A stretch of 32,000 nucleotides of DNA from Candidatus Heimdallarchaeota archaeon (GTDB lineage: Archaea > Asgardarchaeota > Heimdallarchaeia > Heimdallarchaeales > Kariarchaeaceae), in contig JASBSB010000007.1 of the NCBI GenBank assembly GCA_030149205.1, positions 210,001-242,000 on the forward strand. Direction: 5' to 3'. Both the position numbers and the translations under genes were made by a program. Within the stretch, counting starts at the first letter, position 1; every line of letters starts with the position of its first letter. Shown here piece by piece: positions 9,177 through 18,507 of the stretch. The notes under the pieces are model-generated. The model saw only the letters and a list, made by a program, of their open reading frames with translations, searched no databases and was not told the origin of the DNA.

Positions 9177-9283
9177 CTTTTATTCATAGAGATAATGATT
9201 TAAAAGCTACTGATTTCACTCGTTCAACAAAAAATACATGGACATAAGGAGAACTTAAATTATTAGGAATTAAAAAATTAGCT

Positions 9284-10198
9284 ATGGTTCAAATTTTGGT
9301 TTTGGATTCAGTTGACTCTGCCTCCTTATTATCTTTAAGAGAGGAAAATTACGAAGTTATTGACTTAACTAATGACAAGAACTCCTTAAATGATTACCTT
9401 GAAACTGCTGATGGAATTATTATAAGAAGTGCAACAAAGGCAACTTCAGACTTCTTAAAGAGGTTTAATAAGATTAAAATTATTGCAAGAGCTGGAGTCG
9501 GTTTAGATAATGTTGATTTAGAGTATTGTAAATCAAATGGTATTAAAGTAGTGAACAGCCCAAATGGGCCTAGTAAAAGTGTCGCGGAATTAACTGTTGC
9601 TATGTTGATTTCTGTTTCAAGGAATTTAAGATCAGCCCTCATAGGAACAGTTGAAAAAAAATGGCCAAAAAAAACAAGTGCAGGTACAGAAGTTTCAGGT
9701 AAAATTCTAGGAATCATTGGAACTGGTGCTATTGGATTTGAGGTAGCAAAACTTGCCAATTGTTTAGGTATGAAAGTGATTGGATATGACATAATTATTA
9801 ATCAGAAATTAAAGGAGTCAGGTTGGTTTGAATACGTTGATAAAGATGAATTACTGAGAAATTCTGATTATGTTACAATACATGTTCCACTCCTAAAATC
9901 CACATATCATATTCTTTCGGATGAAGAATTTAAAATTATGAAACATGGTTCTTTTGTTCTTAACATGTCTCGGGGTGGATTAATAGATGAAGATTCCTTA
10001 ATTAAAGCAATAGAAAGTGGGAAAATTAAAGGTGCTGCTTTAGATACTTATGAAAAAGAGCCCGTTCAGAATGAGGATATATTATCTAATCCACAAATTT
10101 TTTGTACCCCTCATATTGGTGCAAGTACAACAGAAGCACTTCAAAAAAACACTTCAATAATTGTAAAAGAGATAATTGATTTTTTTACTCAGAAATGA
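9284..10198 (+). CDS. serA: D-2-hydroxyacid dehydrogenase, D-3-phosphoglycerate dehydrogenase-like (no ACT domain)
   Basis: ARAGVGLDNVD, GIIGTGAIG (Rossmann), IHVPL, NMSRGGLIDE, AALDTYEKEP, TPHIGAST. Confidence 0.85.
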   Translation: MVQILVLDSVDSASLLSLREENYEVIDLTNDKNSLNDYLETADGIIIRSATKATSDFLKRFNKIKIIARAGVGLDNVDLEYCKSNGIKVVNSPNGPSKSVAELTVAMLISVSRNLRSALIGTVEKKWPKKTSAGTEVSGKILGIIGTGAIGFEVAKLANCLGMKVIGYDIIINQKLKESGWFEYVDKDELLRNSDYVTIHVPLLKSTYHILSDEEFKIMKHGSFVLNMSRGGLIDEDSLIKAIESGKIKGAALDTYEKEPVQNEDILSNPQIFCTPHIGASTTEALQKNTSIIVKEIIDFFTQK

Positions 10199-10937
10199 AT
10201 ATTTTTATGTAATCATTGAACACTAAATCAAACTTTCCCTCAACCAAGGGGTAAATTTCATAATAAACTTCATGTGCAATTTCTGAAAAGAGGACTCTTT
10301 CTTGAATTAAACACAGAATAATCTTTTTTGACCTGCAGTATTCTATTAAGTTCCAATCCCAATTTAGAGTAATAATTAGCTTTGGTTTAGTTGTAGAATT
10401 TAAAAGGATATCTTGAAGGTTTTTCCCATCCGATAAATAAAAATGGTTAATTTCTTCATTAAAGTTTGATAGGGAAGAACTACTTAACATCCCCCTAATC
10501 ACCCTTTTAAGTAATATATCTGATTGAGCTCCAGACTGACTGGTAAACATAACTGAATTAGTATTGTTTAATAAGTAATTATGGTTGAAACCTTCTACCT
10601 GTAAAATTGATTTAATATATGTTATTGCCTTTGGATTTGTAAACCAATCTAACTGAATTTGAATTAGTAAAATCATTTCCTTGTATAGAAACTCTAACAT
10701 TGAACCCGTTTTTTCTATTGTATACTTTAAAGGTAAAGCTTGGATTACAATTAAACAATTTGCTCCCTTTGATTTTAGCTTTCCTAGAATTTTATTTTTT
10801 AAAATTCCAGTAATAGCGATCCCAGTTATTTTTTTTGAAGATTCAATGGCTCTCTTCCTCCCCAGAGGGAGTATTATAGAGCTTTTCCCAAAACAATCTT
10901 CAAGAACTTTAAGAAGATCTGCTCCTGTGTAACTCAT
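10185..10937 (-). CDS. Degenerate Nif3/DUF34-like protein
   Basis: KKITGIAITG ... KGANCLIVIQALPL aligns by eye to Nif3 VKKIAVALD ... GADLIITHHPL. The length fits the family, but the His ligands are absent. Confidence 0.4.
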   Translation of the reverse strand: MSYTGADLLKVLEDCFGKSSIILPLGRKRAIESSKKITGIAITGILKNKILGKLKSKGANCLIVIQALPLKYTIEKTGSMLEFLYKEMILLIQIQLDWFTNPKAITYIKSILQVEGFNHNYLLNNTNSVMFTSQSGAQSDILLKRVIRGMLSSSSLSNFNEEINHFYLSDGKNLQDILLNSTTKPKLIITLNWDWNLIEYCRSKKIILCLIQERVLFSEIAHEVYYEIYPLVEGKFDLVFNDYIKIFISE

Positions 10938-10945
10938 GAAATGCT

Positions 10946-12052
10946 CTATCTATCTAAATCTCCTACACATAAATCTACTGATCCCATGACTGCAGGAATA
11001 TCGGCAAGCTTACCATCTTTTATTAATTGTGGGAGTGGTTGTAAGTTGTTAAATGTTGGTGCTCTAATTCTTACTCGATAGGGGGAAGTTGATCCGTCAC
11101 TTTCAAAATAGTATCCAGTTTCTCCTCTTCCACCTTCTATACGACGGTAAGTATTGCCTGCTGGAGGTCTCCTAGGGATTTTTTCCAATCTGTATGGGTC
11201 ACTTGGCTTTAATTCCATATATTTGTCAAGAGCTTGAAGGATAATAGCCATTGATATTTCCATTTCTTCTAATCTTACTCTGTACCTGGCAAAGCTATCT
11301 CCTTCAGTCCTTGTTGGAACACTGAATTTAAGTTGATCATACCCCATATACGGTTGAATCTTTCTAATATCATAAGGAACTCCTGAGGCTCTTAACATTG
11401 GTCCAGTTACTCCAAAGCTCAATGCGTCTTCCTTTGTTAAAACTCCAATACCTTTTGTTCTCATTCTAAAAATTTGTGCCTCTTCTAGTAAATCAAGAAA
11501 TTCTTCATGAAGCCTCTTAAATTCCACCAAACTGTCTTCAATTTTTTTCTCAATTTGATGTGGAAGATCCTTGTATACACCCCCGATTCTGGCATAATTG
11601 TAGGTCATTCTTGCTCCAGTTATGGTCTCCAAAAGATTTATCAATATTTCTCGAGCTGTCATAGGATAAACCAGCATTGATAATTGACCAAGATCCACAC
11701 TCATGGCACCTAACCACAAGCAATGAGAGGCAATTCTTTGAATTTCTAAGGTAATTATCCGAATCCAATTTGCTTTCTCTGGAGCTTCTATTCCATATAT
11801 ACCTTCAATAGAGTATGCATAAGCTTGTGAATATGTGTGGCTCTCAACATAACAAAGACGGTCTGTAATTGGTATACCTTGTTCATATGTTCTATTTGCA
11901 AGTAGTTTTTCATAACTTCTGTGTAAATATCCAATCTGACAATCAGAATTTAATACAGTTTCTCCATCAATTGTCAATCGAAGAGCCCATAACCCATGCA
12001 TTGAAGGGTGTTGAGGACCCATAAACAGGCTCATTTCAGTTTTGTCTTGCAT
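10946..12052 (-). CDS. nuoD: NADH-quinone oxidoreductase (complex I-like) subunit D
   Basis: MGPQHPSMHG, IGYLHRSYEK, DRLCY, GVTGPMLRASGVPYDIRK, EGGRGETG, C-terminal DLCVGDLDR. Confidence 0.95.
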   Translation of the reverse strand: MQDKTEMSLFMGPQHPSMHGLWALRLTIDGETVLNSDCQIGYLHRSYEKLLANRTYEQGIPITDRLCYVESHTYSQAYAYSIEGIYGIEAPEKANWIRIITLEIQRIASHCLWLGAMSVDLGQLSMLVYPMTAREILINLLETITGARMTYNYARIGGVYKDLPHQIEKKIEDSLVEFKRLHEEFLDLLEEAQIFRMRTKGIGVLTKEDALSFGVTGPMLRASGVPYDIRKIQPYMGYDQLKFSVPTRTEGDSFARYRVRLEEMEISMAIILQALDKYMELKPSDPYRLEKIPRRPPAGNTYRRIEGGRGETGYYFESDGSTSPYRVRIRAPTFNNLQPLPQLIKDGKLADIPAVMGSVDLCVGDLDR

Positions 12053-12536
12053 AATCCTTTCTATCTCCTTCTGGTTTGTGATATTTTGGTTTCTTATAGA
12101 TATAATCTTCTCTTAAGGGATAGCCTTCCCAGTTATCTGGAAGATATATTCTTCTTAGGTCATTATGTCCCTCAAAATTAACACCCAATAAATCATACGT
12201 CTCTCTTTCGTGCCAATTGAATCCAAACCAAATATCAGATAATGTTGGAACGGAGGGATTTTCTCTGTCTGTCGTGACCTTTAATATAATAATTTCCATT
12301 TTATCAGGTCTCCCAAGATACCACCTCATTTCCATTTTATCTTCATAATCGGTCCCAAAAGCCATAATATCTAATGTAAAGCCGAGGTCATGTTTCATGA
12401 ACGTAGCTAAATCCCGAAGTTTTTCCTTTTTAACATCAATTACAACGTGTTCCTCTTCAAAATCTTGTTCATTTTCAAAAGAGTCTGGAAATGCATCTTT
12501 TAACTTACTTAGTAATTCACTGAATTCTTCTGACAT
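12036..12536 (-). CDS. nuoC: NADH-quinone oxidoreductase subunit C
   Basis: WHERETYDLLGVNFEGHNDLRRIYLPDNWEGYPLREDY signature. Start placed at ATG 12536 behind AGGTGG; the GTG at 12548 lies inside this RBS. Confidence 0.93.
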   Translation of the reverse strand: MSEEFSELLSKLKDAFPDSFENEQDFEEEHVVIDVKKEKLRDLATFMKHDLGFTLDIMAFGTDYEDKMEMRWYLGRPDKMEIIILKVTTDRENPSVPTLSDIWFGFNWHERETYDLLGVNFEGHNDLRRIYLPDNWEGYPLREDYIYKKPKYHKPEGDRKDYARQN

Positions 12537-12538
12537 GA

Positions 12539-12928
12539 TTACATCCACCTTAATTTATCTCTCATTGACCAATATCCAAATCCAATAAGGAGTATACCTA
12601 AGAATATTACTGCGATAATGAATCCAAACATCTTAGTCTCTCTTAAAATAAGTGCCCAAGTGAAGAGAAACCCGGTTACAACATCAAATATTACAAATAC
12701 TAACCCAAAAATATAATACTGAAAGTTAAATCTGTCTTGACCTGTTCCAATAGGAACTTCTCCACATTCATATGCGACAAAGACACTAAGCTTATCACTC
12801 TTGTTTTCATCGTATTTTCTTCTAGGTGCTAAAATGAAACTTAGGGCTTTAAAAAGCACAACAAACACAGCACCCATAATAAATAGAGTTAATACCCCAA
12901 CATATTGGAGTTGAATATTTGTGACCAT
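12539..12928 (-). CDS. nuoA: NADH-quinone oxidoreductase subunit A
   Basis: Three TM helices, AYECGE loop, YYIFGLVFVIFD..FLFTWA, C-terminal LRW. Confidence 0.93.
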   Translation of the reverse strand: MVTNIQLQYVGVLTLFIMGAVFVVLFKALSFILAPRRKYDENKSDKLSVFVAYECGEVPIGTGQDRFNFQYYIFGLVFVIFDVVTGFLFTWALILRETKMFGFIIAVIFLGILLIGFGYWSMRDKLRWM

Positions 12929-13011
12929 ATCATAACCTGCTTTAGTTTAATTAGCTGTCAGAAATTTATCTCTTAAAAGTTTACTTAAGTTGATATGAGA
13001 AAAGCTGTCTG

Positions 13012-13689
13012 TTATTCCTTCATGACTTCAAAAATTCGTGCAATTTCTGGACCAGTCGTATCGCCACCTACTAAAATTCCTTTAGAATTTGACAAAATAC
13101 CAGACTTTGGATACGGGGTTCCTCTGTTTACTGTGGTTATTCCGATTTTTTTATTGAAGAACTGTCTCAAATATTCAAGATCATCATCGGGAACCATAGG
13201 GTGGGTTAACAGTCCCCAACTGTTTTGAACAATAATGGATCCAACTAATGGGTTGCTCATAATCTCCATTTTAACAACTTCAACATCTAGGGTATCTTCA
13301 ATATATTTTGCCTCTTTAGCTGTAAAGTCTGGGTGAATTATAGCTTTTCTTTCATCGCAAGTAATCGTATTTCCTAGTGCCGTAATTTTTGAGTTTAAAA
13401 TACCAATCTCAACATTATCTGGGATTTCTGAACGTAATATTTCATATTCTGGTTTTGTTAATAAGTCTGGGAAAAGTACACCATTCTTGTTTCCAACAGA
13501 ATATAACCCTATTAATTGAGATTGAACTACAGTTCCCCTTATGATTTTTAATGGGAACGTATTTTCTAATACCTCTAAAACTCTCTTTTTGGTGTTATAG
13601 GGTACTATCATAAAGGTTTCTGACATATAGGCAAAAATACCAATACTTGAATTACCAAGAAAATTAATTTGTTCTACTGTGAAGCTCAC
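13012..13689 (-). CDS. eif6: Translation initiation factor 6 (aIF6/eIF6)
   Basis: GNSSIGIF, LIGLYSVGNKNG, ALGNTITC, TTVNRGTPY..SGIL.NSKG.LVG..TTGPE. Located downstream of rpl31e. Confidence 0.95.
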   Translation of the reverse strand: MSFTVEQINFLGNSSIGIFAYMSETFMIVPYNTKKRVLEVLENTFPLKIIRGTVVQSQLIGLYSVGNKNGVLFPDLLTKPEYEILRSEIPDNVEIGILNSKITALGNTITCDERKAIIHPDFTAKEAKYIEDTLDVEVVKMEIMSNPLVGSIIVQNSWGLLTHPMVPDDDLEYLRQFFNKKIGITTVNRGTPYPKSGILSNSKGILVGGDTTGPEIARIFEVMKE

Positions 13690-13710
13690 AAGAATCCCTT
13701 TCTGAATATT

Positions 13711-14079
13711 TTACTCTTCTTCTTCTTCTTCTTCATCTTCTTCGAGTTCGGTTTCTGAAGGTTTAGAAATTCCTTTTATAACAGGTTTTTTGGTTTCTTT
13801 GACTTGAGTTTCTGCCAAAAATACTTCAACCACTCCATCAACAATTTTAACTAACCTTAGCATTACTTTTCTAGGTGGTTTTTGTATCCCTTTTTTCCAA
13901 ATAAATTCATTCACTTGATCATCAATCCAGATATTTTCGTCATCAACTTTCATATGTCGCTTAACAAATTCTTTGATGATTCTCATGGCTCTTGGGGCTC
14001 TTTTACCCCTTGGTGTGGTATTTAATTTTGGATAAAAGGGGACAGTATAAGTTCTTTCAAATTCAATTTCTAATGACAT
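13711..14079 (-). CDS. rpl31e: 50S ribosomal protein L31e with acidic C-terminal tail
   Basis: ERTYTVP, KRAPRAMRIIKEFVKRHMK, VNEFIWKKGIQKPPRKV. ATG 14079 has AGGTGA 5 nt upstream. Confidence 0.96.
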   Translation of the reverse strand: MSLEIEFERTYTVPFYPKLNTTPRGKRAPRAMRIIKEFVKRHMKVDDENIWIDDQVNEFIWKKGIQKPPRKVMLRLVKIVDGVVEVFLAETQVKETKKPVIKGISKPSETELEEDEEEEEEE

Positions 14080-14084
14080 ACTTT

Positions 14085-14240
14085 TCACCTTTTAATGGAG
14101 CTACTTCTCCAATGTCTTTGACCTGGTCTTTGCCTAACTTTTTTGTTAGTTTTCATTGTCACCCATGTGGGAACAGGTCGGTTTGAATTCATCTCTTTTG
14201 CATACCGCTTTTTACGACTGTATATTTTATTTCTGGTCAT
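14085..14240 (-). CDS. rpl39e: 50S ribosomal protein L39e (not in ORF track)
   Basis: Manual translation gives MTRNKIYSRKKRYAKEMNSNRPVPTWVTMKTNKKVRQRPGQRHWRSSSIKR (51 aa), in the canonical position between PDCD5-like and rpl31e. Confidence 0.96.
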   Translation of the reverse strand: MTRNKIYSRKKRYAKEMNSNRPVPTWVTMKTNKKVRQRPGQRHWRSSSIKR

Positions 14241-14241
14241 T

Positions 14242-14583
14242 TTAAACTCTCCTAAATTCAATTTTAGAATCTCGTTTTTGATTCGAAAATTGTTTTAATA
14301 ATTGTAATAATTGTTCCTCTGATAACTTGGAACTAATTCTCCCTCTTTGAACCAATTGGATTAACTGAACCTCAATGTTCTCAGCAAGTTGTGGTTTTAC
14401 TAGTTTGATGTTGTTTAACCTCTCTCTTGCCTTATCTGATAAGATTTTTCTCAATACATTTTGTCTTATAGATTCTTCTTGAGCTTTTCTTTCTTTCACT
14501 GCTTCCTCTGATTCTTGAGGTTGTGATTGGTTTAATTGATTTTTATATTTTTCTCTTAAAGCTCTTAGTTCATCATCAGACAT
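14242..14583 (-). CDS. PDCD5-like DNA-binding protein (MTH1615 family)
   Basis: MSDDELRALR, LRKILSDKARERLNNIKLVKPQLAENIEVQLIQLVQRGRI. Conserved operon position. Confidence 0.93.
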   Translation of the reverse strand: MSDDELRALREKYKNQLNQSQPQESEEAVKERKAQEESIRQNVLRKILSDKARERLNNIKLVKPQLAENIEVQLIQLVQRGRISSKLSEEQLLQLLKQFSNQKRDSKIEFRRV

Positions 14584-14592
14584 TTAAATCAC

Positions 14593-15015
14593 CTATCTAT
14601 TTTGTTCAACAATATATGCCTGTTTATCAAGGAAAGACATTCCAAAAGAAGTTATTTGTCTACCTTTTCCAGGGATATTTTTGACTAGTTTTGCATTTTC
14701 GAGTTGCTGTAAGATTTTTCTCGTTATGCTTCCACTGCCTGGTCGGGGATGTTCTGCTTTTGCTCCTCTGTTTTTCTTTTGACTGTATTCATTTTTTATC
14801 CTTCTTGTTCCTAACGGTCCCTTTAGGTAAACCTTTCTAAGCATTGAAGCAGCTCTCACATACCACCAATCAGGACGATCTGGTGGGAGTTCTTTTGCGA
14901 CCCCGGTTTTTACGAAAGGGGCCCAAGTTGGTGGGACTATGTCCTCATAAGTTTTAAGCTCGTCTGCTGTTTGTTCAATTAATTTTTCAGCTAAGACATC
15001 GTAAACTGTTGTCAT
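14593..15015 (-). CDS. rps19e: 30S ribosomal protein S19e
   Basis: MTTVYDV, PTWAPFVKTGVAKE.PP...DWWYVRAASMLRKVY, GSGSITRKILQQLE. Confidence 0.97.
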   Translation of the reverse strand: MTTVYDVLAEKLIEQTADELKTYEDIVPPTWAPFVKTGVAKELPPDRPDWWYVRAASMLRKVYLKGPLGTRRIKNEYSQKKNRGAKAEHPRPGSGSITRKILQQLENAKLVKNIPGKGRQITSFGMSFLDKQAYIVEQNR

Positions 15016-15179
15016 TTAATTCACCTTTCTTTTAGTTTTAGTAATAAACTTCTTTCATAAATATCACTATAGTTTCAAAAAGCAGAACACTGTCAGGACT
15101 TAAAAAAAACGCGAAATCTTGAAAATAGATAAAGGTATATTCAACACATTTAAGATAAGTTTATTTTAAACTCAATGTT

Positions 15180-16385
15180 GTGAAAGAACTCATTGGCATA
15201 GTTGGGAAACCCTCTTCAGGAAAATCAACTCTTTTTAATGCGTTGACAATGGCAGACGTGAAAATGGGTGATTATCCTTTCACAACTATTGATTCAAACC
15301 TAGGAATTTCATACGTAACAGTTAATTGTCCCTGTAAAGAGTTTCAATTAACCTGTAGCCCTCGTTTTGGAAAATGTGTTGATGGTGTCCGGACGGTTCC
15401 CATTGAGATTTTAGACGTTGCTGGGTTGGTTCCAGGGGCATCAGAAGGAAAAGGAATGGGAAACCAGTTTTTGGATGAATTAAGAAGGTCAAAAGCACTT
15501 ATAGTTGTTTTGGATCTATCTGGAAAAACTGATGCAGAGGGAAATTTAACCGAATTTTGGCCTCCCTCAAAAGATATTTTTTGGCTGAATGAAGAAATTG
15601 AACAGTGGCTTAAAAAAATAATATTTTTTGATTGGGAAAAAGGAACCCGTTCTATGTTAGGAGATCAAAAAAAATTTATATCTTATGTGCAAAAGAGACT
15701 TTCTGGAATGGCAATAACCGATAATAATGTGACATTAGCCCTCCAAAAGAGCCATTTGTTGGGCTTAAGTAATTTTCTTGATTGGACAGATAATCAAAAA
15801 AGTGATTTTGTTAAATCATTAAAGCGAATTCGATTCCCGGTAATCTATGCTGCAAACAAATTAGACAAGGTAAATGCAATAAATAACTTTGAAACCTTAA
15901 AAAGCCAATTTCCAGAAGAACAGATATATCCAATATCTGCCTTAATTGATCTATTATTACGTAAATGGGAATCTGAGGGTTATATAGATTTAACAATCTC
16001 ACATGACCATTTCTCTCCTCGGTCAACCATAAATATCCCTGAGGAAATAAATTTAGCTTTGTCAAAAATAAAAACAGATTTTTTTGAAAAAGGATTAACA
16101 CCTGGTGTAGTTGAATTATTAAACAAGGCCGTTTTTGAGCTTCTAGACTTAATTGTAGTTTTTCCAGTAGAGGATCAAACTCATTTAACGAACAAAGATG
16201 GATTTGTGTTACCCGATTGTTTTCTTATAAAAAGAGGGACAACAGTAAAAAACTTTGCTGGTGAAATCCACACAGACTTTGCAAAATTTTTCATAAACGC
16301 AATTGATGCCAGAACAGGTCAGAGAAGAGGGGCTGAGTATATATTAAAGAATGGTGATGTAATAAAAATTAATCTTGCAAAATAA
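15180..16385 (+). CDS. ychF: YchF/Ola1-related Obg-family GTPase with C-terminal TGS domain
   Basis: GKPSSGKSTLFN, YPFTTID, DVAGLVPGASEGKGMGNQFL, NKLD, TGS-like GTTVKNFAGEIHTDF ... GDVIKI. Confidence 0.9.
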   Translation: MKELIGIVGKPSSGKSTLFNALTMADVKMGDYPFTTIDSNLGISYVTVNCPCKEFQLTCSPRFGKCVDGVRTVPIEILDVAGLVPGASEGKGMGNQFLDELRRSKALIVVLDLSGKTDAEGNLTEFWPPSKDIFWLNEEIEQWLKKIIFFDWEKGTRSMLGDQKKFISYVQKRLSGMAITDNNVTLALQKSHLLGLSNFLDWTDNQKSDFVKSLKRIRFPVIYAANKLDKVNAINNFETLKSQFPEEQIYPISALIDLLLRKWESEGYIDLTISHDHFSPRSTINIPEEINLALSKIKTDFFEKGLTPGVVELLNKAVFELLDLIVVFPVEDQTHLTNKDGFVLPDCFLIKRGTTVKNFAGEIHTDFAKFFINAIDARTGQRRGAEYILKNGDVIKINLAK

Positions 16386-16431
16386 TTTTAATTCAGAAAC
16401 TTTAATATTATAAAAATCACAGAATTTTAGA

Positions 16432-17091
16432 ATGTACAAACTAGAAAGCTACTCGCATGGTATTATTTTGAGTGAAAGACAGCACGGGCCACAATTCATA
16501 TCACAAGTAGGGTTACATAATAACGAACTCAATGACATTCTATTGTTTGGTCTACCGAACGGTGGATTTAAAGGCTATAAATTTAAAATAACCAAAATTA
16601 AAGATAATAATATTTTATCCATCACAAAAAATACTCAAGAGGGATATCTATCTGGTATCCTAAAACTTAGTTCTATTTCACAGAGTTTGAATGTAATTAA
16701 GCTATTTCAATTACTTCTCGATTTACTGTATCAATATGAGATGTCTTCTTCAAAAAACCTTGACAAGCACAATTTTCCCCTATCAGATTCAGCCTATGAA
16801 AAACTTGATACGAATCTGATTTATAAATTATATATGGATTTAACACTTAAAGGAAAAATAATTTTTATAGGGTCGCCTATGTTGGTGATTTCATTTTTAA
16901 CTACCTTTTTCAATAATATACCTTACGCAGAATTCGATTGGATTGATTTAGAGGTTCCATTTGATTCCTTTTCAAAAGAAGTAAATATAATGGGTTTTCA
17001 ACAGGAAATTGATATTCCTCCGAAAATTAGGAGAAAGTCGTCTGTGTATAATTTGCTAAAGATTAGGGCTGAACTTTACAATATACAATAA
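16432..17091 (+). CDS. Hypothetical protein, DENN/Avl9-like (uDENN/longin plus start of cDENN)
   Basis: HGPQFI ... ILLFGLPNG resembles the uDENN motifs GP ... FLALPDG. LYMDLTLKGKIIFIGSP ... NNIP resembles the cDENN motif LLLEKRVLF.SP ... LIP. Confidence 0.45.
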   Translation: MYKLESYSHGIILSERQHGPQFISQVGLHNNELNDILLFGLPNGGFKGYKFKITKIKDNNILSITKNTQEGYLSGILKLSSISQSLNVIKLFQLLLDLLYQYEMSSSKNLDKHNFPLSDSAYEKLDTNLIYKLYMDLTLKGKIIFIGSPMLVISFLTTFFNNIPYAEFDWIDLEVPFDSFSKEVNIMGFQQEIDIPPKIRRKSSVYNLLKIRAELYNIQ

Positions 17092-17143
17092 AAGAGTGAT
17101 TTTGAATCGATTAATTTATTAAAAAAGGAAACTACATTATTTT

Positions 17144-18505
17144 GTGGTTCTTAGAAGTTTTGGGAAATCATTAAACAATGCGATAAACAAACTTATTAAT
17201 AAAGGTCCTGCAGATGCAGCTCTAATCAAAGAATTAAAAAATGACATACTTAGGGCTCTTCTAGAGGCAGATATCGAACTTTCACTTGCTAGTCAAGTCG
17301 TGACAAATGTCGAAGCACGATCACTCTCAGAGGAACTACCACCAGGCCTAGAAAGAAATAAGGCAGTAATCAATATTGTTTATGAGGAACTGACAAAGAT
17401 AATGGGGGAAAAATTTTACCCTCTTTCTCTCGAAAAAGAAAAGACAAATATTTTGATGGCTATAGGAATTCAAGGGTCAGGAAAGACAACAACAATAGCA
17501 AAGCTTGCACGTTTATTAACAAAAGAAAATTGGAATGTAGGTTTAATTTGTACAGATACATGGAGACCAGGCGCATATGAACAATTGACTCAACTTGGAG
17601 AGCAAATAGGTGTCGAAGTCTTTGGAGAACCAACACAAAAAAACCCTATAAAAATTGCTAAAAACGGAATCAAACACTTTAAAGAAAAAAGGAAAAATCT
17701 AATACTCGTAGATACAGCTGGCCGTCACAAGGAGGAGAAGAGTTTAATTAAAGAGATGAAAGAATTAAACAAGAAATTAAAACCACAAGAGATAATTTTG
17801 GTAATTGACGGTACTTTGGGTCAAAAAGCAAAAATTCAAGCTATGGAATTTCATGAGGCGACACCAATAGGTAGTATAATTGTAACCAAGCTAGATAGCA
17901 CTGCAAAGGGTGGTGGTGCTATTTCTGCTTCAGCTAGTACAGGTGCCCCAATAAAATATATTGGACTTGGAGAAAAGGTAAATGATATTGAAAAATTTGA
18001 GCCTAAAAAATTTGTTGGAAGAATTCTTGGTTTGGGCGATATTGAAACATTACTTGAAGAAGTTAAGAAGGCACAGCTCTCAGTCGATGAAGACAGAACT
18101 GCAGAGATGATGAAAGGAAAGTTTACATATACAGATATCATTGGAATGTTTGAGTCAATGAATAAAATGGGTGGGGTACGAAAAATTTTAGATCTGTTAC
18201 CAGGGGGGATGACTCATCAAGTGGATGACAACATGTTGAATATGAGTAAGGAAACAATGGAACGTAATAAAAATATAATTCAGTCCATGACACAAAAAGA
18301 ACGAAATGCCGAAGTAAAGCTTAGCAAAACTCGAATTGAAAGAATAGCAATTGGAAGTGGGGTCTCTATCGATCATATTAAAGAATTAGTTAATCAAAAG
18401 AAAATGGCAGAAAAAATGGTTAGGCAAATGACTAAACCAAGACGAGGTAAGGGAAATAAGAATTCACCATTCGGAAACCTTCCATTTAACTTTTCCATGA
18501 ACTGA
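17144..18505 (+). CDS. srp54: Signal recognition particle protein SRP54
   Basis: GIQGSGKTTT, DTWRPGA, DTAGRH, TKLD, Met-rich M domain with RIAIGSG. Confidence 0.97.
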   Translation: MVLRSFGKSLNNAINKLINKGPADAALIKELKNDILRALLEADIELSLASQVVTNVEARSLSEELPPGLERNKAVINIVYEELTKIMGEKFYPLSLEKEKTNILMAIGIQGSGKTTTIAKLARLLTKENWNVGLICTDTWRPGAYEQLTQLGEQIGVEVFGEPTQKNPIKIAKNGIKHFKEKRKNLILVDTAGRHKEEKSLIKEMKELNKKLKPQEIILVIDGTLGQKAKIQAMEFHEATPIGSIIVTKLDSTAKGGGAISASASTGAPIKYIGLGEKVNDIEKFEPKKFVGRILGLGDIETLLEEVKKAQLSVDEDRTAEMMKGKFTYTDIIGMFESMNKMGGVRKILDLLPGGMTHQVDDNMLNMSKETMERNKNIIQSMTQKERNAEVKLSKTRIERIAIGSGVSIDHIKELVNQKKMAEKMVRQMTKPRRGKGNKNSPFGNLPFNFSMN

Positions 18506-18507
18506 GT

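Noticed and set aside
10946-12052. Group 4 [NiFe]-hydrogenase large subunit
   Set aside because: Only one Cys is present in each of the L1 and L2 motifs, so there is no complete CxxC pair for Ni binding.
13712-13745. (TTC)n-like simple repeat
   Set aside because: It only encodes the acidic Glu-rich tail of L31e.
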